From contig OZ241981.1 in NCBI GenBank assembly GCA_965204345.1, forward strand, positions 288,001 to 352,000: DNA of 64,000 bases, given 5' to 3'. Below are positions 1 through 9,373 of the stretch, piece after piece. This DNA is from Nitrosopumilus sp. (GTDB lineage Archaea > Thermoproteota > Nitrososphaeria > Nitrososphaerales > Nitrosopumilaceae). The position numbers were made by a program, and so were the translations under genes. The notes under the pieces were generated by a model that saw only the letters and a list, made by a program, of their open reading frames with translations, ran no database searches and was not told the DNA's origin. The stretch's first letter is position 1, and each line of letters begins with the position of its first letter.

Positions 1-127
1 GTTCAAAACTCTGGACATTTGCCCCTAGTATCCAATTCGGGACATGGAATCAACCTTCTAATCCAAAATATGGCCTAATGCTTGTCTACGTTATCATTAT
101 AATCTGGGTTAATCTTGAATCATTATT

Positions 128-622
128 TTAAAAAATATCGGATATCTCTTCCACTTTGGTTGCGTTCTTGTCAAGATTTTCTCTGTGATTCACCTCCCAA
201 TTGGAAATTTGTTTGGGCAGCGGATTGTCTGAGAAGGTATAGTTCTCAACAAACCAGTCCACCATGAGCAAAAACGCATCTATGTTTTTAGATTCATCCT
301 CACTCAAATTAATCAGAGAGGAGTTGTGGGTTATTATGAATGAATAATTGTGAATCTTTATTGCAGATGTGCGCATGAAACCAGTTATCCGTCTGGTTGC
401 CATTTCAGAGTCATAGTCATAATCATTTGAAAACATGTGGATCTGCTGAAAAATCACGTTGACTTCCTGCATTGTCTTTTTGATGGATCTCTTGATTGTT
501 TTCTCATAATCTGATTTATTCTTTCTATTAATTATAAATAATAATAACGCCAAACCAATCCCTACGACAGATATGGTGATGCTGGGGTCAATCATCAACA
601 GATATGGTAAGTGACCAGTCAT
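128..622 (-). CDS. hypothetical protein with N-terminal membrane anchor (transposon cargo)
   Basis: 164-aa ORF, hydrophobic ISVVGIGLALLLFII segment; starts 2 nt after the stop of 625..1332. Confidence 0.65.
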   Translation of the reverse strand: MTGHLPYLLMIDPSITISVVGIGLALLLFIINRKNKSDYEKTIKRSIKKTMQEVNVIFQQIHMFSNDYDYDSEMATRRITGFMRTSAIKIHNYSFIITHNSSLINLSEDESKNIDAFLLMVDWFVENYTFSDNPLPKQISNWEVNHRENLDKNATKVEEISDIF

Positions 623-624
623 AT

Positions 625-1332
625 TTAAAAATTGATCGATTTGCAGACTGTGTTATAAAACATAAACCACTCTATGTCTGTACGGTCAGCATACATGCTA
701 AAGCAAACGGTCTTGTTAACTTTTAGGATTTTGGGATCCTCGGATTGTGATTCGACAAGTCCCGCACACTTGTACATCTTGAATATGGGCTCAATGCGTA
801 ATGCCTTATCCAATCTGTCTTTGTATTGTTTTCTTTCAGTTGCACATATGTTGTTTGCAAGATGAAAGGCCTCCCCTCCCAATCTGTCAGAACCATATCC
901 TTTTGCACTATAATTGAATCTCGGATTAAAAATAAAATTTCTCTCGTGTTCTTGTTTTAGTCTCTCAAACAACAAACCTGCGTTTTCTTTGGTAAGATCC
1001 AGCTCGTCAAAATACTTGTCAATAGTATCCGAATCAATTATTATTTCAATCAGTCCCTTAAGCATGTATTCCCTGTAGTTTGTAGGACCAATCACAGCGG
1101 CATATACGCCGTTTGGAAAATATGCATAACAGGTCATGGTTTCCACGTCATGGCCATCTTGTGTTTTTGTAATATTTGCATGAACCATGTACTTACTTGG
1201 TTCTAGATTGTGGTAGGTTATTTTATAATCAAACGTATTTCCAGATACCGTAACACTTTTTCTTGTTTTGTATGTCTTTACAATTTTTTCCCATTTGATG
1301 TAAAACTTAAAAATTTGCATGGAACGAGGCAT
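625..1332 (-). CDS. hypothetical protein (transposon cargo)
   Basis: 235-aa ORF with protein-like composition; no motif recognised. Confidence 0.65.
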   Translation of the reverse strand: MPRSMQIFKFYIKWEKIVKTYKTRKSVTVSGNTFDYKITYHNLEPSKYMVHANITKTQDGHDVETMTCYAYFPNGVYAAVIGPTNYREYMLKGLIEIIIDSDTIDKYFDELDLTKENAGLLFERLKQEHERNFIFNPRFNYSAKGYGSDRLGGEAFHLANNICATERKQYKDRLDKALRIEPIFKMYKCAGLVESQSEDPKILKVNKTVCFSMYADRTDIEWFMFYNTVCKSINF

Positions 1333-1404
1333 GGATTTTTTGTTTTTAGATTATAGATAAATGGATCCTTGATCCGCTGTGATCGCAATTTCCATTTGGG
1401 ACTG

Positions 1405-1530
1405 GGTTCTGGTAAATTCTGATGATCTGACACCAGAATTTAACGGTAAATTGACAAGATATGATTTTCTTAGATATCTAATCATCAAAAAAACTCAAAG
1501 TGCAACTCAGAGATTATTAAACTCTGTGAA
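1405..1530 (+). repeat. dispersed ~125-bp non-coding repeat, copy 1
   Basis: aligns by eye to 17335-17455 (reverse) and 54733-54855: aaattctgatga..tga(t)caccrgaattta...tttc.ta.at..ct...caaaaaa.tc.caaag. Confidence 0.7.
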
Positions 1531-1657
1531 TTATTACATAGATCACCAAAATTTATCAGAATCTGACTAATTACAATCTGAAAACTGATCTTATTTTAAA
1601 GGGCAGATAATTCAGTGATTTTTTCTGTGTAATCTTCTTCTTTACAACCATGTCTCA

Positions 1658-1831
1658 TTACTGCCTCTTTTTCTTGGTTATTTTTGCATACCACATGTTG
1701 CCCTCTTTGTCCAAATCCCAGTCTATTTGATCGCCCTGTTCTAGGTTCATTTTTGTGATTATGTGTATGGGTACTATGGTCCTTAATGATCTTGCAGTAT
1801 TCGCAGATGATAGTTTTGTAGTTTCAACCAT
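1658..1831 (-). CDS. small AbrB/MazE/SpoVT-like DNA-binding protein (57 aa, below ORF track cutoff)
   Basis: MVETTKLSSANTARSLRTIVPIHIITKMNLEQGDQIDWDLDKEG...; SLRTxVP...L..GD.I.W pattern; divergent from transposase. Confidence 0.7.
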   Translation of the reverse strand: MVETTKLSSANTARSLRTIVPIHIITKMNLEQGDQIDWDLDKEGNMWYAKITKKKRQ

Positions 1832-1920
1832 AAGGTAACATAAAAGGAAAGGTATTAATAGTTACCTTATTACCTTATTTATTACCTTATGTTTATATTA
1901 CCGTAAATGTTACCTTATAG
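1830..1920. promoter_or_regulatory. divergent promoter with iterated TTACCTTAT boxes (putative operator)
   Basis: ttaccttat x4 plus inverted ataaggtaa between the AbrB-like gene and the transposase. Confidence 0.55.
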
Positions 1921-1921
1921 T

Positions 1922-3259
1922 ATGAATAGAAAACAAAAAGCAACTCAAATACTATCAGAAATAAAATCAATTAGAAAAATCACAAGGAATCAATTTAGTG
2001 TAGATTCACAGGCTGACAAAACAAAATCCTATCTTGTAAGAAAGCTACCAAAAACTGATATTTGGACTTGTGAATGTGCAGATTTTCATTACAGATTAAG
2101 GAAATTAGATAATAAACATTGCAAACACATCAGAGCTTGTATCTTGTTACAAAACAAAACAAATATTGAAAATAAAGTTGAAAAGGTGAAATTACCTCAA
2201 ATTTGCCCAAAATGCCAATCATCATGTATCGTAAAAAATGGGTTTAGAAAGCTAAAGAACGGTGGACGTAGACAGATGCACAGATGCAATCAATGCAAGT
2301 ACAGATTCATCCTGGGCGAGAATGGATTCTCCAAAGTATCCTCTGATCCTAAAATAATTTCAGAATCCTTGAATCTGGTAACGTGTGGAATGTCATACAG
2401 AAACATTGCACGGCACATTGAGACAGTACATCAAATCGGGATTAGTCATGTATCTGTGAGGAACTGGATAAAGAAATACACTCAGATAATCAAGGAATAT
2501 GTTGATACTCTGTTCCCTGAATTATCTGACGTGTGGAGCTTGGATGAGATGTATCTGAATGTAAAAAATACAAAGAAGACAGGCAGGGGATTCCATGACT
2601 GGCTTTGGAGCATAATTGATCCGAAAACCCGATTCCTTATTGCCACAGAAGTTTCAAAGAAAAGAGAGATTGCAGATGCAAGAAAGATTATTGCAAGTGG
2701 CAAGAAGGTAGTCACCAAGAATCCAAATTATGTGTTAACTGACTCTTTAAACTCATATCAAGAGGCAATAAGAAAAGAATTTCAAAACAGAGTGGCTCAT
2801 ATCAAAACTAGATCAATTAAGGATGGTTTTGTGAATCGACCCATTGAGCGTTATCATAATGAGATAAGAGAAAAACTCAAGGCTAGACGTGGGCTGGGCA
2901 ATGACGAATCAGCACAAAACTTTGCAGATCTGCTCAAAATCAATCATAACTTTGTAAAGCCCCATCAGGGACTAGATGGCAAGACACCTGCTCAAGCTGC
3001 AAATATTGACTTGAATCTAGGTCAAGACAAGTATCTGGATTTGATAAAACTGTCGGGAACCAAAGTGAACTTTGTAAACAATCTTGGAAAGCGAATCAAG
3101 AAGGTATCCATAGTCAATGAGGGTGATTCGATAAAAATAACACCAAAACACTGGATCGATAAACACATCTGGCGTGAGATTAATGATATTCTAAGACTGC
3201 ATGAGTTTAGCTGGCTGTCCAATGGCAAGGATAGTTGTTGGTTGAAATTGATCTCGTGA
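1922..3259 (+). CDS. DDE transposase, IS6-like core with N-terminal SWIM Zn finger and Zn ribbon
   Basis: CECADF..CKH (SWIM), CPKC..CNQC ribbon, WSLDEMY / LTDSL / IERYHNE DDE motifs. Confidence 0.9.
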   Translation: MNRKQKATQILSEIKSIRKITRNQFSVDSQADKTKSYLVRKLPKTDIWTCECADFHYRLRKLDNKHCKHIRACILLQNKTNIENKVEKVKLPQICPKCQSSCIVKNGFRKLKNGGRRQMHRCNQCKYRFILGENGFSKVSSDPKIISESLNLVTCGMSYRNIARHIETVHQIGISHVSVRNWIKKYTQIIKEYVDTLFPELSDVWSLDEMYLNVKNTKKTGRGFHDWLWSIIDPKTRFLIATEVSKKREIADARKIIASGKKVVTKNPNYVLTDSLNSYQEAIRKEFQNRVAHIKTRSIKDGFVNRPIERYHNEIREKLKARRGLGNDESAQNFADLLKINHNFVKPHQGLDGKTPAQAANIDLNLGQDKYLDLIKLSGTKVNFVNNLGKRIKKVSIVNEGDSIKITPKHWIDKHIWREINDILRLHEFSWLSNGKDSCWLKLIS

Positions 3260-3529
3260 TTTTATTTTAAGTGATCATCGAAAGGTTCTGTCGTGATTTG
3301 GTGCAATAATATCTTGTACTGAACCGTCTTCTCGTTTGTGGCCTCTTACTAACTTCAGCCCTCTTTGGGTTGCATTATTCATACAATTAGAGAGAACATA
3401 CTGGAATTTATGTAGTTCACTAACTAACACACCCGCCTTCGAATGTAAGTCAACGCTCTAAATTATGCTAGATTCCATGTCCCGAATTGGATACTAGAGG
3501 CAAATGTCCAGAGTTTTGAACAGTGTAAA

Positions 3530-5848
3530 CTAGTTTGCAGATGCCTGCCAGTCAAATATTGTATTCCATGTGCTACCATCATACAGCTCGACTTTGAGAT
3601 ATTCACCGGCATCCAGTTCAGAGCTAACAAACCTGTCAAATGTGAGATGGCCTGACTGTCTGGAGGACAGATCCACAGGAGATAGCGTGATTGTGCATGT
3701 TCTATCACAGTTTGAGGAATAAGCTACCGTGTTGCCTGACTGGCTGTCAGGTACAGCAGTAGATGGGGTGCGAATTATCCAGTCAGAGTCACCGCTCTGA
3801 GTCCAGTTCTCCAGACTTTCAAAATCCTCAGATATTGTAGTTGGGTTGGGTGGGGGCGGTGGCGTCAACATGAGGGGATTGGTACTTGCCAGTGCAAAGT
3901 CTTGTACGGGCTTGTTTATGTTATCAATGTTAGAGCCGCTAACTGTTATGGTGTATGTTCCGGTACGAGTTGGGTTAAACACTGCAAACTCGTTTGTCTG
4001 GTGGTCTGATGTTGCCCGTATTGTTGTATTATCTGGTGAAGTTATTGTAAAATCCAAATTTGCAATAGGCACTGCTATATGTGTACGTGACAACTGTCCG
4101 TCTATGCTGCCATGCGGATGAACCAGCCATGACAGTATCACTTTGACTGGCTTTGATGTGTCCTGTACTGTAAACCAATACTGCTTTGTGTCGGTATTTG
4201 ACACAAGACGGTCTGATATTATGTGGGATGGTGCATTGTTGACATACCTGAGTGATTCAGCAGCATCTAGTATGCCAAATCCCACGTTATTGAGTATTTG
4301 AAGGGATGATGCCTCATTGTTTGCAATATTTCTGTCTGCTGGCTGCCTTGCATGAGAACAGTTGTCATTTGAGTTAACTTGCTCGTATTGGGCTGACGTG
4401 CATGGTATCGGACCAGTCCAGTTGGCACCCAAGAAAAGGGCAGCCTTTAGCTCAACAGGAGTCATCTCAGGCTTTAACTGCATCATAAGGGCAGTGACTG
4501 CACTTACCTCAGATGCCGCAAAGCTGCTTCCACCTCGAATAAATGTGTCAGTTGCTGCAACAGAACTTAGTACTTGAATAGCTCCTGTTGGTGCAACCAG
4601 CTCAGGCTTTAGTAATACAGTTCCTGGTGCAGGACCCCTGCCAGAATAGCCTGCTATTGCCGGCGTACCATCAGCATTGCTCTTTATTACACCTACGGTA
4701 ATTTCATTGTGTCCGCATCCGGGATGAGTTATTGATTGAAAAGCTGCCTCTCTTGCTATTCCGTTCTCATAAAGTATACCCCTGTTTCCAGCGGCTGATA
4801 CTGCAACCATTCCCTTGTCAACTGCCTCATTTGTGATCAGACTAATCGTGTTTGCATGGCTTGCACGACAGATTCCAAAACCAAAGCTCATGTTTGCTAT
4901 GTCTGCTCCGTTTTTAAAAGACCAATCAAGGGCATGTACCACGTCTCTTGCATGTGTCTTGACAAAGACGTGTTTGTTCTGACTATCCAAGCCGTGTCTT
5001 CCAATTGAGGCATCCAAAAGATTTACACCCGGTGCAATGCCGTTGTGGGCTGGCAGTCCTGATGCGGCAATGACTTGGGCTATCTGCGTACCGTGGGATG
5101 GAAAGGCAGAAGAGACCGCTCCGTTATTGAATCCTACCACGCTGGCAGCAGTTGCAGGACTACACATACCATTACTGCACTCTACACGGTCCGTGATTCT
5201 GTTGTTAAATGCGGTGTTGTGATTTATACCACTGTCAATTACTGCCACAGCAACCCCGCGACCATCAAGATTGGTGCCTGCTGCTGTACGAATATTGTTT
5301 GGAGTTGCATGTATGGTTTCCCTAGATTTATCAACTTCTAAAGTTACTGGAATTTCGCCATCTCCCATGGCATACACCTCGTCATAAAGTGAGAGTCCTG
5401 GAACTTTTGCAATTGGGATGGATGCAGTTACAAATGAGAGTGACTCGGCAGCCTCTATGTTGCGTGCACCAAGAAGATCAAGTTTCTCTACTATTGTATC
5501 CTTGTTCTCGCGTGCTGTCTCATCTGCATCTATACCATCACTTCTGGCCACTACGATTATGACGTCATAGTATCGCGTATCGTCATGCACCCCATAGTCG
5601 CCATCCTGGGGTACCTCAGATATGAGACCCTGGATTTTATCATAAAAACCGCCATCAAACTTGTATGGTATATCCACGTTTGCAGCAGAACTCAACGTAT
5701 TCTCATCTGGAATAAGATTGCCTGGCACTTCAAACTGTGCATTCTCATCGTCAGTCTGGGATGCAGACTCTAGTGGATATAAAAATAAAAGAAATAGTGA
5801 GAAAATTGTGATTGGTAACGTAACTTTTACACTCAATATAGACGACAA
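3530..5848 (-). CDS. secreted S8 subtilisin-like serine protease ending in a truncated beta-sandwich domain (S8-1)
   Basis: signal peptide; VIDSG, SHGT, AAGN, GSSFAA motifs; Pro linker then partial domain; TTG start. Confidence 0.9.
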   Translation of the reverse strand: MSSILSVKVTLPITIFSLFLLFLYPLESASQTDDENAQFEVPGNLIPDENTLSSAANVDIPYKFDGGFYDKIQGLISEVPQDGDYGVHDDTRYYDVIIVVARSDGIDADETARENKDTIVEKLDLLGARNIEAAESLSFVTASIPIAKVPGLSLYDEVYAMGDGEIPVTLEVDKSRETIHATPNNIRTAAGTNLDGRGVAVAVIDSGINHNTAFNNRITDRVECSNGMCSPATAASVVGFNNGAVSSAFPSHGTQIAQVIAASGLPAHNGIAPGVNLLDASIGRHGLDSQNKHVFVKTHARDVVHALDWSFKNGADIANMSFGFGICRASHANTISLITNEAVDKGMVAVSAAGNRGILYENGIAREAAFQSITHPGCGHNEITVGVIKSNADGTPAIAGYSGRGPAPGTVLLKPELVAPTGAIQVLSSVAATDTFIRGGSSFAASEVSAVTALMMQLKPEMTPVELKAALFLGANWTGPIPCTSAQYEQVNSNDNCSHARQPADRNIANNEASSLQILNNVGFGILDAAESLRYVNNAPSHIISDRLVSNTDTKQYWFTVQDTSKPVKVILSWLVHPHGSIDGQLSRTHIAVPIANLDFTITSPDNTTIRATSDHQTNEFAVFNPTRTGTYTITVSGSNIDNINKPVQDFALASTNPLMLTPPPPPNPTTISEDFESLENWTQSGDSDWIIRTPSTAVPDSQSGNTVAYSSNCDRTCTITLSPVDLSSRQSGHLTFDRFVSSELDAGEYLKVELYDGSTWNTIFDWQASAN

Positions 5849-5912
5849 TCATAATCGTAGTTATTTATCCTTATTGCGGGGGGGGGTTATGCTACTTGAT
5901 GAGTGTGATATT

Positions 5913-5960
5913 TACACTTTAATTTTAGAGACTTTTCAACAGGGGGTTAAATAGGGACTT
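5913..5960 (+). repeat. degenerate transposon end (TA-CACTGTTCAATCTTAGAGACTTTTCAACAGGG type)
   Basis: matches 41592-41640, 44175-44222 and 47829-47856. Confidence 0.65.
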
Positions 5961-6092
5961 TATGTGTGAATTTTTTGTGCGTATTTTTCATATTTATTCT
6001 CAAAAATTAATTTGGCATCTCCTTTGGCTTTGAAAAACAACAAAGCGTTTGATAGCACTTCTAATATAGTATGCCAAAAAACCAACAAACCG

Positions 6093-7352
6093 ATGCGGAT
6101 TCTGCTTGCCATATCCATTGTATCACTTTTTGGAGTTGCCAATGCATATGCTGAGATTGCCTCCCCCTATGAGCAGCTAAAATCCGGTGTTCCACTATAT
6201 GAAATCCAGTGTGAGTATCAAAAAATTCTGCTGGAATCTCCTAGGAACAACAAGCCTGTATGTGTGAAAAGTGATACGGCAGACATACTGGTAGAGCGCG
6301 GCTGGCATATGATAAAAATATTTGATGAGCTGCCAACTGCTGAGCTGTCAGTCGATGAACTGTCTATGGCAACTACTAGTAATCAGACAGAGGGCAGCTC
6401 ATATGCTGTCTCTGATCCTGTACAGACAGAAACATACTATCCTCATCTAGGAGACCCGTATGTTATTGGTAGTATAGATCTATCTGGAATCAAACCGCTT
6501 CCTGAAGGTGTCTACCTTCCCACAACCATAGAAAACTATGAGCGCATCATGCAGAAAATACTTGATGGCATAGACGACAAACTGATACTTCCAAATCCTG
6601 AAGGTCCAAGATATGACTATACTCTTGATCTCCATCCGGGATATCCAGAAATAGGAAAGAGGGTGAATTATACATACTATACAGAACAAGGAAACATGAT
6701 CAGACCATTGGGCATTGATAGAATAGAGCTGATAATATTAGAACCTGATGAAATATTCAGGTCAGATTATTTGGATAAAAAATGGGCTGAATTTGACTCC
6801 CTTGACCAAAAGGATGAGATTGCATTTGCCAAAAATCTAACGGCAGGTCCAGAAAAATTCATACAAACCTTTGTAGAAAAATCAGGACTGCCAAGAATAG
6901 TAAATATGAACCATGATTTTGACCGTTCATGGATAACTCTTGAAAATGGTAAAATAGAAATGCGAATGGAATGGGATAATGTGTACATGTATTTTGTGTA
7001 TGAAGAAGAACCTCCATTTCATTCGTTGTCAAAAAATACGATGCGTCAATTAATGCATCAGTTTGCTATTGATAATGCACACGTAATAGATCGAGAATGG
7101 TGTGTTGGTCTTGTCCTATACGATAAGGATGATATCCGCAAAATTAGAAGTGCAGGCGATCAAGCAGGGATTCCCATATGGGATGCAATTGTGGGAACTT
7201 GTGGTGATCCAATTTATAAACATCATATAGAGTATGTACATGTTAGCATGGAGGGCATTACAGGAGAGATTGGATGGTTTTCTGGTCGTACTCCGGTAAT
7301 AGATTACTGGATTGACAAGATAAACATTCCAGAACATGCCAAGGTAAGATAA
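6093..7352 (+). CDS. secreted protein of loop-hypervariable family X (copy 1)
   Basis: MRILLAISIVSLFGVA..YA signal peptide; thaumarchaeal SP.EQLKSGVP..EIQC...PVCVK..TA..LVERGW module; paralogs at 8005 and 46463. Confidence 0.85.
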   Translation: MRILLAISIVSLFGVANAYAEIASPYEQLKSGVPLYEIQCEYQKILLESPRNNKPVCVKSDTADILVERGWHMIKIFDELPTAELSVDELSMATTSNQTEGSSYAVSDPVQTETYYPHLGDPYVIGSIDLSGIKPLPEGVYLPTTIENYERIMQKILDGIDDKLILPNPEGPRYDYTLDLHPGYPEIGKRVNYTYYTEQGNMIRPLGIDRIELIILEPDEIFRSDYLDKKWAEFDSLDQKDEIAFAKNLTAGPEKFIQTFVEKSGLPRIVNMNHDFDRSWITLENGKIEMRMEWDNVYMYFVYEEEPPFHSLSKNTMRQLMHQFAIDNAHVIDREWCVGLVLYDKDDIRKIRSAGDQAGIPIWDAIVGTCGDPIYKHHIEYVHVSMEGITGEIGWFSGRTPVIDYWIDKINIPEHAKVR

Positions 7353-7471
7353 AACAGATGTGAATATTGTACATTACGCCTGAAAAATCAAAACTTGACC
7401 ATTCACATATGACTAAAAACAGATTCTCAGGATGCAAATTTTGATATACTGTCCCTTTTGGACGAGGTGTA

Positions 7472-7981
7472 ATGGCTAACTTACTTGCCCTGCTGCTGGC
7501 AATCTTTGCAGTTATGAGTATCGGACACGCATATGCACAGACATCTGAACTGCTTGTACCTTTGCCAGATAGCGAGCTAGAATCACTTGATGTTTTTGAG
7601 GGGTATAACTTTGAATCAAAGATGGTAACAATAAATACACAAGTTTTCTCATCAGAAAATCTAAGCATTACGATATTTGATGAATCAACAACTTTCACAA
7701 AAGACTTTGTGGAGCATTATGAAGATGGTAATTACCTATGGATAGGTTCCAATGATAATGAAGAAACTGCAATGTTTGAAATAAGCGGTACAAACGCTGT
7801 GGGAATAATAGACACATTAAACAAAACATTCCAGGTGTTTCCTGTAGAGGCCACAACACATGAAGTGTATCTCATTGATCAGTCCCAGTTTCCACCAGAC
7901 ACTGTTGTACCACCTGGTGCAAGCGGCGAGCAATCCTTTGACAGAGATGAGACATATCACTTAATAGCACTTCTAATATAG
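7472..7981 (+). pseudogene. truncated 5' copy (signal peptide + prodomain) of the 1472-aa scaffold
   Basis: near-identical to the start of 9374..13792 up to GASGEQSFD, then runs into the duplication junction at ~7965. Confidence 0.8.
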
Positions 7982-8004
7982 TATGCCAAAAAACCAACAA
8001 ACCA

Positions 8005-9258
8005 ATGCGGATTCTGCTTGCCATATCCATTGTATCACTTTTTGGAGTTGCCAGTGCATATGCTGAGATTGCCTCCCCCTATGAGCAGCTAAAATCGGGG
8101 GTACCACTCTATGAAATCCAGTGTGAGTATCAAAAGATTCTGTTGGAATCTCCTAGGAACAACAAGCCGGTATGTGTGAAAAGTGATACGGCCGACATAC
8201 TGGTAGAGCGGGGCTGGTTCATGATAAAAATATTTGATGAGCTGCCAACTGCTGAGCTGCCTATGGCAACTACCATCAACCAGACAGAGGGCAGCTCATA
8301 TGCTGTCTCTGATCCTGTACAGACAGAGACATACTATCCTCATCTAAGAGATCCGTATATTATTGCACGTAGTTATGGCGGTATAGACCTATCTGTAATT
8401 GAACCACTTCCTGAAGGTGTCTACCTTCCCACAACCATAGAAAACTATGAGCGCATAATGCAGAAAATACTTGATGGCATAGATGACAAACTGATACTTC
8501 CAAATCCTGAAGGTCCAAGATATGACTATACTCTTGAACCTGCGCCTGGAGGATCTCGAGGACATAAGATGAACTATACATACTATACAGAAAAAGGAAA
8601 CATCATCAGTCCATTTGGCAGTGATAGAATAGAGCTAATAATATTAGAACCTGATGAAATATTCAGGTCAGATTATTTGGATAAAAAATGGGACGAATAT
8701 GACTCCCTTGACCAAAAGGATGAGCTTGCATTTGCCAAAAGTCTAACGGCAGGTCCAGAAGAATTCATACAAAACTTTGTGGAAAAATCAGGACTGCCAA
8801 AGATAGTAAAGATGAACTCTGATTTTGACCGTTCACACATATATCTTGAAAATGGTGAAATAGACATGCGAATGCAATGGAATAACGTGTACATGTATTT
8901 TCTATATAAGGAAGAACCTCACTTTACTCCGTTGTCAAAAGATGTGATGCGTCAATTAATGTATCAGTTTGCTATTGACAATGCACATGTAATAGATCGA
9001 GAAAGGTGTGACAACGTTGATATCCTATATGATAGCAAGGATGATATCAGAAAAGTTTCAATTGCATACTTTCGAGCAGGGATTCCTATATGGAAAGCAG
9101 ATGTAGGAACTTGTGATTCAATTTATGGTACAAATAATACAAGTTATGTACATATTCGCATGGAGGGCATTACAGGAGAGATTGGCTGGTTTGACAAGAG
9201 GATGATAGATGGCTGGATTGACAAGATAAACATTCCAGAACATGCCAAAGTAAGTTAA
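8005..9258 (+). CDS. secreted protein of family X (copy 2)
   Basis: 417-aa ORF, paralog of 6093..7352. Confidence 0.85.
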   Translation: MRILLAISIVSLFGVASAYAEIASPYEQLKSGVPLYEIQCEYQKILLESPRNNKPVCVKSDTADILVERGWFMIKIFDELPTAELPMATTINQTEGSSYAVSDPVQTETYYPHLRDPYIIARSYGGIDLSVIEPLPEGVYLPTTIENYERIMQKILDGIDDKLILPNPEGPRYDYTLEPAPGGSRGHKMNYTYYTEKGNIISPFGSDRIELIILEPDEIFRSDYLDKKWDEYDSLDQKDELAFAKSLTAGPEEFIQNFVEKSGLPKIVKMNSDFDRSHIYLENGEIDMRMQWNNVYMYFLYKEEPHFTPLSKDVMRQLMYQFAIDNAHVIDRERCDNVDILYDSKDDIRKVSIAYFRAGIPIWKADVGTCDSIYGTNNTSYVHIRMEGITGEIGWFDKRMIDGWIDKINIPEHAKVS

Positions 9259-9373
9259 CCCAGATATGAATATTATCATTACGCCTCAAAAAATAAAGCT
9301 TGATCATCCATGTATGACCAAAAACAGATTCTCAGGATGCAAATTTTGATATACTATTCCTTTTGGACAAGGT

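Larger units (their letters stand above)
1..3525. mobile_element. ~3.5-kb cargo-carrying DDE transposon with ~55-bp terminal inverted repeats (left end clipped by window edge)
   Basis: 1-51 (gttcaaaactctggacatttgcccctagtatccaattcgggacatggaatc) is the near-perfect reverse complement of 3471-3521; right end ...ttgaacagtg is followed by TA; encloses a transposase and passenger genes. Confidence 0.85.
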
